From NCBI GenBank assembly GCA_947167995.1, contig CAMVKS010000004.1, positions 5,604 to 69,603 of the forward strand: a stretch of DNA of 64,000 nucleotides. The letters run 5' to 3'. Of this stretch, positions 56,488-64,000 are shown one piece after another (within the stretch, counting starts at the first letter, position 1; the number at the start of each line of letters is the position of its first letter). The notes beneath the pieces are model-generated. The model saw only the letters and a list, made by a program, of their open reading frames with translations, was not told the origin of the DNA and searched no databases. The position numbers and the translations under genes are program-made. The DNA comes from an uncultured Prevotellaceae bacterium (lineage in GTDB: Bacteria; Bacteroidota; Bacteroidia; Bacteroidales; Muribaculaceae).

Positions 56488-57708
56488 TCACCTCAGGCGG
56501 CGACGCATGATGGTGCTGGTGACGAGCGAGGTCACAAAGCCTATGGCGGCAACAAGAAGCAGAACTACCACTACATCGGTCCACACCACCTGAACGGGAT
56601 AGGCACTCACGATAACCTGCGACGGGTCGGCACTGAGCTTGAGCCAGCCAAAGGTCTGCTGACCAAGGCACAAAGCAATTCCAAGAACAACACCCATCAC
56701 GGCACCAGACATGGCGATGAGCCAGCCTTCGGCAACAAAAATGCGGGTTATCTGTTGATTAGTCGCTCCCAACTTCTGGAATGTGGCTATGCTCTCGTCT
56801 TTCTCGATTATCAATAGCGACAGAGTGCTTATCACGTTGAATGTGGCTATAATCATGATGAACGACAGCAGCAAGAATGTAACCCACTTCTCCACGTTGA
56901 CCATGCGGAACGACTCGTCCTGCTGCATGAGTCGATTCTTTACCTGAAAATTCTTCCCCAAGGCTTTCTCAAGAGATTTCATTACCGCCTCTTCACGGGC
57001 GCCTGGCTTCAACCTCAACTCAATCTGACTTGCTTCTTGCTCATAGTCAAACAGGTTGCGGGCAAAGTCAAGTGGAACGATTACAAGGTCCTTGTCATAA
57101 GTGTCCTGCTGAACCTGAAAAATCGACGAAACAAGAAGCGAATTTTTTTAATGATACGGCGACCACCGAGATCTACACTCTTTCCCTACACGACGAGGAG
57201 CAAAAAACTGAAGCATGCGCAAACTGCCGGCCTGAAGGCGCAGATTCACCGCAGGACCCACTCCCACGACGGCAAAGCTCGACACATCGTCTTGAAGGGC
57301 ATAATGACCATCGATTATGGTGTTGTTGATGCTATTGAGCTCATGATAGTTGGCGGGGACGCCCTTGAGCCTTACTGGCATCTGATAGTCGGCATAAACC
57401 GCGAGGGCCTGGTCTTCAACAACGGGCATTGCCATCATCACGCCCTCCACCTTGGTTGCGACAGCTATCACACTGTCGGCATTGCTTATTGTTTTACCCG
57501 CCGATGGACCTATTGCCACTTGCGGGTCGAGCTGGGCGAGTCGGTCCTGAATCACTCCTCTGAAGCCGTTGAACACACTCAGCACACACACGAGCGCAGC
57601 TGTAGTCACCACCACACCGCATATCGAGATGATTGAGATGATGTTGACCGCATTGTGAGCCTTTTTCGACTTCAGGTAGCGGAGCGCTATTTTTATTGGC
57701 AACGACAC
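56488..57708 (-). CDS. LolC/E (FtsX-like) ABC transporter permease; one gene, apparently split only by an adapter artefact
   Basis: ORFs 57148..57708 and 56488..57018 are in the same frame (offset 690 nt); the intervening frame reads SLLVSSIFQVQQDTYDKDLVIVPLDFARNLFDY; the only stop comes from the adapter. Confidence 0.88.
57150..57195 (+). other. Illumina TruSeq universal (P5) adapter sequence: assembly contamination
   Basis: AATGATACGGCGACCACCGAGATCTACACTCTTTCCCTACACGACG, 46 nt matching the adapter 5' end, preceded by T7 (the poly-A run that follows adapter read-through). Confidence 0.99.
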
Positions 57709-57744
57709 GGGAGGAATTGTTGAGTAAGAAGTATTAACTCTTCA

Positions 57745-58080
57745 CTACTTCTTTAGCAGCTCATCGATGTGCTCGATGTAGTCGAGCGAGTCGTCAACGT
57801 AGAACACCAAGTCGGGGGTCTTGCGCAGCTGGTTGCGCACGCGCTGGGCAAGGGTGTAGCGTATGGTTTTAACGTTCTTGTTCACGCCGTCCACAATCTC
57901 CTGGGCACGCTCACTGGGGAACACGCTCAGGTGCACGCGGGCGATGCTCAGGTCGGGCGACACGCGCACGTTGCTCACCGAGACTATCACACCGCGCATC
58001 TTGGCGGTGTCCTCGCGGAATATCTCGCTCAAATCCTTCTGGATTAGTCGTTGTATCTTCTGTATTCTTGTTGATTCCAT
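57745..58080 (-). CDS. rbfA: Ribosome-binding factor A
   Basis: RIQKIQRLIQKDLSEIF, VRVSPDLSIARV, LRKTPDLVFYVDDSL; start moved to MESTR. Confidence 0.96.
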   Translation of the reverse strand: MESTRIQKIQRLIQKDLSEIFREDTAKMRGVIVSVSNVRVSPDLSIARVHLSVFPSERAQEIVDGVNKNVKTIRYTLAQRVRNQLRKTPDLVFYVDDSLDYIEHIDELLKK

Positions 58081-58101
58081 AAACTCTTCTTTTTTATAGT
58101 G

Positions 58102-58180
58102 CAAAGATAATACTTTTTATCGACATGTGTAGCAAAATGGCGCATGTTGTTTGATGTGTTTAGTATTTTCTGTATCTTTG
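58102..58180. promoter_or_regulatory. Divergent pair of -7 boxes
   Basis: TATCTTTG on - at 58102-58109 (rbfA) and on + at 58173-58180. Confidence 0.6.
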
Positions 58181-58200
58181 CGGTAGAAAAACAGTTTTTA

Positions 58201-58722
58201 ATGCAAGTCTCTCATCAATATTATTATCGCAAAGGCTTGGCCACCACGAAGGGGCTGATTTACATCTTCCTCTCGGTGCTGCTGGTAGCCTTCGCCGTGT
58301 TTGCCTTTATTCATTGGGACCTGTCGTTCATGTTCACGGCATGGCAAGGCTACGTGTTAATTATCCCCTACTTCCTTATAACTTTAGGCATAATTGTTTC
58401 GGTGTTTGAAAACTTCAAGAAAGTGAGCAAGACTAATCGTGGCATTCCGGCATTTGCAGTTGGTGAAGATTATTTTGTCCTCTACGACAACAACGGGATA
58501 GCCAATGCGATTCCTTTTGAGAATTGCGAACTTGTGAGATTCAAAAGCACAATCAAGTTTCGTGGGGCTCCACCCACTCTCAAGCTCATCATTAAGTACC
58601 ATGAAAAAAACGAACCTGATATCACGTCAAGCTTCGAAGTAGAACTGAGCGAACTTGACCACTCTCAAAACGAGATTGATAAACAACTGAAAAAGATTTA
58701 TAACAAATACAAGAAAACATGA
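58201..58722 (+). CDS. Two-TM hypothetical membrane protein
   Basis: ATG after the -7 box; two hydrophobic helices then a soluble domain; stop overlaps the next start (ATGA). Confidence 0.75.
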   Translation: MQVSHQYYYRKGLATTKGLIYIFLSVLLVAFAVFAFIHWDLSFMFTAWQGYVLIIPYFLITLGIIVSVFENFKKVSKTNRGIPAFAVGEDYFVLYDNNGIANAIPFENCELVRFKSTIKFRGAPPTLKLIIKYHEKNEPDITSSFEVELSELDHSQNEIDKQLKKIYNKYKKT

Positions 58723-59432
58723 AAATATCTAAGGTAATTATTTGGGCTGTGGCGACTCTTTTGGCTATGGGAGCCACCTGCACTGCGTGCAAGCAAATAT
58801 CTAAAGACAAAGATTCTGGCTCTCAACAGTCAAGCAAAGTATCCGAGAAAGATGCAGCGCTTCAAGCTTCTTGCAAAGGAAGCATTGACCATAATACTTG
58901 GAATCCTGATGCAACCACTACCGTGGAGTTCAATGCATTTCCCAAAAATCTTGATGAGTGGAAACAGATGCAAGAGGTGCTTGGCAATGAGCCTCAAGGT
59001 GCCGCAGCATTGCAGGTGATGGCGTTTGAGCTCTATCGCAACAACCGCGCCAACGGCGAAGAGGCTCTACGACTGAACAACACCGCAACCAACTACAACA
59101 GCACAATAGAGCGGCTGCGTGAGATTATGGGCAACGACAAGTATTATGCCCGCCCTTATATCGCATGGGCGATGCTCGATGGCGCGACGCCCGAAAACGG
59201 TTATAAAGTTGACCCACCTTACTCCATCAAAATGAAGGTTGACCCAAACAAGAAGTACCAAGAGAGTCAGATGTTACACGGCACAGTGATATATCTGCTC
59301 ATCGACAGCAAGGGTTGGGACACCAACTGGCGTGGTGTAGAGGTAGTAAAGCCCGAGGGTGGCAATTACTATGTGGTGTGCAACTGCCCGGCTATGTACA
59401 CCCAGTGTAAAGAGGCTAAAACAAGCAACTGA
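58719..59432 (+). CDS. Hypothetical lipoprotein (reminiscent of DUF6935, unverified)
   Basis: Lipoprotein-type signal ending ...TAC; GATPENGY..PY.I segment; family recalled from memory, not searched. Confidence 0.7.
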   Translation: MKISKVIIWAVATLLAMGATCTACKQISKDKDSGSQQSSKVSEKDAALQASCKGSIDHNTWNPDATTTVEFNAFPKNLDEWKQMQEVLGNEPQGAAALQVMAFELYRNNRANGEEALRLNNTATNYNSTIERLREIMGNDKYYARPYIAWAMLDGATPENGYKVDPPYSIKMKVDPNKKYQESQMLHGTVIYLLIDSKGWDTNWRGVEVVKPEGGNYYVVCNCPAMYTQCKEAKTSN

Positions 59433-59475
59433 AAAAGCGTATTACAACTACTAAGAAAGAGCACAACAAGCAATA

Positions 59476-59516
59476 AAAAATGAGACAAAGGGATTGGTTC
59501 TCTTTGTCTCATTTTT
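59476..59516. terminator. Bidirectional intrinsic terminator
   Basis: AAAAATGAGACAAAG / CTTTGTCTCATTTTT perfect stem between convergent genes. Confidence 0.85.
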
Positions 59517-59531
59517 CTTTTCCTTGTAACG

Positions 59532-60188
59532 TTATTCTGTCACTTCAGGTGCACTTTCTTGAATCTTGAAGGTGATAGGCATGGTGTACCACACTCTCTG
59601 AGGCTCCCCATAAGCGTTACGCCCAGGAGAGAACTTGGGTAGAGACTTGCACACTCGCACTGCCTCAGCATCAAGTTCTTTGTCCACACCACGAACAACC
59701 TTAACCTCACCGACACTGCCATCTTTTTCAACAATGAACTGCACAATCACCTTGCCTTCAATTTTATTCTTGGCAGCCTCTTCGGGATACACAACATGTT
59801 CACTCAAAAATCTCAATAGAGCCGCATTACCCCCAGGGAAACTGGGCATGTGGCCTGAGCTGCCAAAAACTTCGTTTTGACGCGTTGTGTCACACACTTG
59901 ACTCTGAATACCATTAGACGAAGCCAACGAGGTATTTCTTGATGTGCTGCCAGCCATTGTCGTGAGGCTTGTGAGTCCAATGCCGGCAATCAGCACAGCT
60001 TTACCCAAAGAATGCCTGCGGGCAATCTCTTTCTCGAGGTATTCCACCTCACTCTCACATGCAGGACAAGTGCCAGCGCAGTCACCCTTGTGGGTGCATG
60101 GAGCAGGAACATAATCAATGCCATTGGCACGAGCAACGTCAAGCCTGATTTGCTTGAGAGTGTTGCATACTGATTTACCGTGTTTCAT
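59532..60188 (-). CDS. TonB C-terminal domain protein with a Cys-rich N-terminus
   Basis: TonB_C (PSFPGG...YPEEA...IEGKVIVQFIVEKDGSV...AEAVRV); Cys at 8, 31, 37, 41, 44. Confidence 0.88.
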   Translation of the reverse strand: MKHGKSVCNTLKQIRLDVARANGIDYVPAPCTHKGDCAGTCPACESEVEYLEKEIARRHSLGKAVLIAGIGLTSLTTMAGSTSRNTSLASSNGIQSQVCDTTRQNEVFGSSGHMPSFPGGNAALLRFLSEHVVYPEEAAKNKIEGKVIVQFIVEKDGSVGEVKVVRGVDKELDAEAVRVCKSLPKFSPGRNAYGEPQRVWYTMPITFKIQESAPEVTE

Positions 60189-60436
60189 AACGCAAAGTTT
60201 TTAAGGGTTGGTACTCGGTTGCCTTTCACAATTTATTCTATAACGCAATAAATCATTGAATTATTACCCTTTTTCAGCAAAATTGCAACAAATAATCAAA
60301 CAGCAGCGACAGCATTACGGCAATGATAACTTCAAGGAAATTGTTGTGAGAACATCACATAGAATTCTTGAGTAAAGGAGATATGATAGACCTGGTGAAT
60401 GGGCTATGCCGCGTATGGCATAACTGTTTAATTCAC

Positions 60437-61087
60437 TCATTGCACTTTAAAAGTTACAGGAATAGTGTACCATACGTCAACTAGCTCGCCCGTGTCATTA
60501 CTACCAGGAGAGAACGGTGGATAACCTTTGTCGTTTAAAGACTTTATCATTTTAATAGCTTCTTCATCCATGTCTTGGCCAAGACTTCTAGCTACTTTTA
60601 TTTCGCCAATATATCCGTCTTTCTTCACCACAAATTGCAAGATGACTTTACCATGTGAGCAGGTTTCTGGTGGATAACGAAGATGACTATTAATGTAATT
60701 AAAAAGTGCTGAATCGCCATCTATGTATGATGGCATGTGAGCTGCCGATTTAAAAACGCCAGAATTATCATTGGCTTTGGTCGTTTCTACTGGCTTGATG
60801 TGATAAGTTGTTGTTTTTGTATTATTTTTAAAATCTTCAACAACTGTTTTATCGTGATAAGTTGTCGTTCTTGTATTGTTTCTTAAATCAACAACAATCG
60901 TTTTATTTTGATCCATATATACACTACCGTGACCACCACATCCTTGCATGAACCAGCCACTTGGCCGATTAAATATATGACCTAGAACAGAATCGCTTAA
61001 AACATAGTTTGGCACCGTGTCTTGTGCAAAGACCGATACAATTGCCACAAAGGCTGTCACAATTGATATTATAGTTTTCTTTACCAT
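60437..61087 (-). CDS. TonB C-terminal domain protein with signal peptide
   Basis: LRYPP...GKVILQFVVKKDG...DEEAIKMI...VWYTIPVTF; start moved to MVKKT (-7 box at 61115-61122). Confidence 0.85.
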   Translation of the reverse strand: MVKKTIISIVTAFVAIVSVFAQDTVPNYVLSDSVLGHIFNRPSGWFMQGCGGHGSVYMDQNKTIVVDLRNNTRTTTYHDKTVVEDFKNNTKTTTYHIKPVETTKANDNSGVFKSAAHMPSYIDGDSALFNYINSHLRYPPETCSHGKVILQFVVKKDGYIGEIKVARSLGQDMDEEAIKMIKSLNDKGYPPFSPGSNDTGELVDVWYTIPVTFKVQ

Positions 61088-61373
61088 GTCAATAAAGGTT
61101 TGATTAGTCAATTGCAAAGATATTAAATTATTGAATATCACAATAATCTATAAACAATATTTATTCTGATTTAACCTCGTTTATGCAAATTGGCCAAAGA
61201 GCCACCTAAATGACAAAAATTATTCATTTTTATTTAAACTTAAAATGGGAAAGACAAATAGTGAAGACAAATAGTGAAGGTTATTTTTCGAACTTTTTTT
61301 GTATAAATACTTATGGGATTAATATATTATATGTATTTTTGCACAAAATTTTATATGTGAAATAATTTGCAAA

Positions 61374-62336
61374 ATGAAATATAATATTAAGTTAACGACA
61401 GATTATCTTGCTAAACTGACAGGCTGTGAAATAAGGAAACTTACTAACACCAAAAGAGATGATGATAAGCTTCCGTTAGCAATTGCTTCTTCCTATACTC
61501 TCTGCGATGTAGAGTTTATGGGTACTATAGTTATCGTTGCCAAACCGACAGAACTAGAGAACGTCACTCCAATGCAGCTTGCAAAACATCAGGCAAAGAT
61601 GATGGAAATATTCCACCATCCTGTTGTCTTTGCCTTAGAGTCTGTAGCATCCTATAATATATCTCGGCTTACCCATGCAAAGGTAAATTTTATTGTACCA
61701 GGGAAACTTATTTTCATTCCAAGCCTGTTGATTGTTTTAAGAGAAATGAAAAACATCACCAAAGTAATGCCACAGAAGATGCCTCCAGTAGCTCAAATGC
61801 TTGTGCTCTATCATATTGAAACGAGAACAATTGATGGGCTTAACACTTCTGAGATAGCAGAGCTTACAGGTTTGGCATATCCAACCATCAATGTTGCTCT
61901 TCGATGGCTTAAGTCCAATAACATCATAGCCCTTGTTGGCAGCAAGCAAAAATATGTTCAAATAGCACTGAGTAAGATTGAACTTTGGAACAAAACCCTT
62001 TCTTTGATGTCGTCGCCCATCGAACGCATTATCTTCACCGACACAAAACCGGCAGGAAGTTTTATGGCTGGCGAGACTGCAATGGGGCATTATACAATGC
62101 TATCAGAACCTGTTAGTCCAATCATAGCAATTGATAAAACGATGGCGAAGGAAAATGCTACCTTGATGAACAAACAATATGGTGACATAAAGGTGGAGAT
62201 CTGGAAATATTCTCCGGCGTTGCTGTCCAATGATGGATGGGTAGATAGGCTTTCGCTCTATCTATGCATGAAAGATAGCGAAGACGAAAGAATACAACTC
62301 GAATGTGACACCTTAATTGAAGAAATGAAATGGTAA
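61374..62336 (+). CDS. Winged-HTH protein, probable antitoxin/regulator of a type IV (AbiE-like) toxin-antitoxin pair
   Basis: HTH segment TSEIAELTGLAYPTINVALRWL; VDRLSLYL...DERIQ C-terminus; stop overlaps the start of the nucleotidyltransferase-like gene; -7 box at 61334-61341. Confidence 0.65.
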   Translation: MKYNIKLTTDYLAKLTGCEIRKLTNTKRDDDKLPLAIASSYTLCDVEFMGTIVIVAKPTELENVTPMQLAKHQAKMMEIFHHPVVFALESVASYNISRLTHAKVNFIVPGKLIFIPSLLIVLREMKNITKVMPQKMPPVAQMLVLYHIETRTIDGLNTSEIAELTGLAYPTINVALRWLKSNNIIALVGSKQKYVQIALSKIELWNKTLSLMSSPIERIIFTDTKPAGSFMAGETAMGHYTMLSEPVSPIIAIDKTMAKENATLMNKQYGDIKVEIWKYSPALLSNDGWVDRLSLYLCMKDSEDERIQLECDTLIEEMKW

Positions 62337-63111
62337 CGGGAATTGAACGATGAAAGCAATACTTCAAGAATTATAAAGACAACTATGTGCTCATAGGTGG
62401 TGCTGCGTGCAATCTGCTTGAAGAAGAACTTGACATGAATCCTCGTTCAACGAAGGGTCTTGACCTTATACTTGTGGTTGAAGCCCTCACTCCTGACTTC
62501 GGAATGCGTTTGTGGGATTTCATCAAATTCGCCAATTATTCTGGCCGAAGCAAAGGAGAGAACGAACTCAAACATGAATATTATCGTTTCACAAATCCTG
62601 AGGATAAGACATATCCGATAAGACATATCCTAAGCAGATAGAACTTTTTGCGCGGAATACAGGAATCTTAAATCTGCCATCCGATGCTCGTATAGAGCCA
62701 ATAAGTATAGGAGAAGACCTCTCCAGCCTGTCTGCCATCTTAATGGACGATGACTACTATGCATTCACTATAGAGCATAGCAGAAACATCGAAGATATCC
62801 ATATTGCAAGTCCCGAAGCTCTCATTTGTCTGAAAGCGAAGGCATACACAGAGATGCTAGACAGGAGAGCAGAAGGCGAGCATGTCGACAGCCGCGATAT
62901 TGAAAAACATAAGAAAGATGTCTTCAGACTGATTGCCATGCTGCCACAGAACTCGCGCTTCACACTATCCGAGAAATTGAAAAATGACATGAGAGACTTC
63001 TGTCAAAGAATAGGGGAACTGCCCGACAGCGTTTTCTTTAAAAAGGCAGGACTAAAAGGCTTGGATGCACAACGCCTTCTTGACCTCTTCAACATGGCTT
63101 TTCTGAATTGA
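62330..63111 (+). pseudogene. Disrupted nucleotidyltransferase-fold (AbiEii/AbiGii-like) gene
   Basis: ATG at 62330, in-frame TGA at codon 8 (62351-62353), YVLIGGAAC...RSTKGLDL motif, and a 14-bp tandem duplication (62603-62630) that shifts the frame. Confidence 0.82.
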
Positions 63112-63757
63112 GATTTGAGACCTTTTTATAAAGTATTGTTAGTCCGTCGCGCAGGGGCAGGATCACGGTTTCTACTCTTGGGTCGCGGGCGACGAGGTCG
63201 TTGAAGTCGAGGATGCCTTGCGTCTGGTCGTCCATCTTCTTGCCGTGGAGGTCGGTGACCTTGCCGTCCCACAAGGTGTTGTCGGCGATGATGAAACCGC
63301 CGGGCTTCACGTGGTCGATGACGAGGTTAAAATAATCGACATACTGCCGCTTGTTGGCATCGATAAACACCAAGTCAAATTCTCCGCCAAGTTGAGGCAC
63401 TATCTCATTGCAGTCGCCAATGTGCAACGTGATGCGGTCGCCCACTGGCGATTGCGCGAAGTGTGCACGCAGGAAATCCTCCAGTTCATCCTCTATCTCG
63501 ATGCTGTGAATGATGGCATCATCGTCGAGCAGTCCCTCGGCAAGGCATTGCGCCGAGTAGCCCGAGTAGGTGCCCAGCTCGAGCACCCGCTTGGGGCGTA
63601 TCATGCGCACGAGCATTTTCAACAATCTGCCCTGCAGGTGTCCCGAACACATGCGCGAGTAGAGCAACTCGATGTGCGTGTCACGGTCGAGTTGATGCAG
63701 ATGCTCAGGCTCGGCATCAATGTGGGCAAGTATGTAATCTTCAAGTTCTTGAGTCAT
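63089..63757 (-). CDS. O-methyltransferase (Methyltransf_3, caffeoyl-CoA OMT/TrmR-like)
   Basis: VLELGTYSGYS, FDLVFIDANK, GGFIIADNTLW, PLRDGL. Confidence 0.93.
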   Translation of the reverse strand: MTQELEDYILAHIDAEPEHLHQLDRDTHIELLYSRMCSGHLQGRLLKMLVRMIRPKRVLELGTYSGYSAQCLAEGLLDDDAIIHSIEIEDELEDFLRAHFAQSPVGDRITLHIGDCNEIVPQLGGEFDLVFIDANKRQYVDYFNLVIDHVKPGGFIIADNTLWDGKVTDLHGKKMDDQTQGILDFNDLVARDPRVETVILPLRDGLTILYKKVSNLNSEKPC

Positions 63758-63767
63758 AGTTTGTCAG

Positions 63768-63830
63768 GATAGAGGGGAGAGAAGGGAGGAGAGAGAATTC
63801 TGCATTATGCATTATGAATTGTGCATTGAA
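63768..63830. repeat. Purine tract plus heptamer tandem (family B, copy 3)
   Basis: AGAGGGGAGAGAAGGGAGGAGAGAG then AATTCTG CATTATG CATTATG AATTGTG CATTGAA. Confidence 0.72.
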
Positions 63831-64000
63831 TCGAGTGCTTCAACGGCAAGGCGGTAGCTGTCGAGGCCAAAGCCGGCAATCAGGCCCTTGCAGGCAGGAG
63901 CAATAGCCGAATGATGGCGCTCGGGCTCACGGTCGTAGACGTTGCTCAGGTGCACCTCTACGGCAGGCGCCGGCACAGCGCGCAAGGCATCGGCAATGGC
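63812..64000 (-). CDS. aroQ: Type II 3-dehydroquinate dehydratase, 3' part (truncated by the window edge)
   Basis: Manual translation AIADALRAVPAPAVEVHLSNVYDREPERHHSAIAPACKGLIAGFGLDSYRLAVEAL contains the EVHLSN...RE..RHHS signature. Confidence 0.93.
   Translation of the reverse strand, partial: AIADALRAVPAPAVEVHLSNVYDREPERHHSAIAPACKGLIAGFGLDSYRLAVEALDSMHNS

Noticed and set aside
57030-57636. ORFs 57030..57329 and 57037..57636 on +
   Set aside because: Antisense to the permease and containing translated adapter sequence.
56488-57708. LolC/E pseudogene or split gene
   Set aside because: The only stop is the TAA formed by the adapter end plus its poly-A run; both halves are in frame.
60200-63140. 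Prophage or integrative element around the TA-like pair
   Set aside because: No integrase, transposase or phage gene, and I could not find flanking direct repeats; only the composition shift supports acquisition.

Overview
A 64-kb chromosomal segment of a Bacteroidales bacterium. The assignment rests on TAnnTTTG -7 promoter boxes, Gln at +1 of signal peptides and dockerin-tailed secreted proteins; a gut/rumen Muribaculaceae-like lineage is my inference. It carries housekeeping genes (eno, ychF, nadB, rbfA, aroQ, PBP1A), a Wzx/Wzy-type polysaccharide locus that includes a radical SAM gene, and four dockerin-bearing secreted proteins with no cohesin in view. The most unusual signal is a ~114-bp palindromic repeat family. 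Each unit contains a copy of the last 8 codons of ychF. It occurs as a tandem array (25.6-26.2 kb), at ychF itself (31.1-31.3 kb) and as a solo inverted copy (212-327), and both arrays join a CotH-kinase/dockerin gene through near-identical junctions. Also found: an unlisted 31-aa CxxCxxCxxC ORF, a doubly inactivated nucleotidyltransferase (toxin-like) gene, and an Illumina adapter overwriting part of a LolC/E gene (assembly artefact). No integrase, transposase, reverse transcriptase, cas gene, tRNA or rRNA was recognised.
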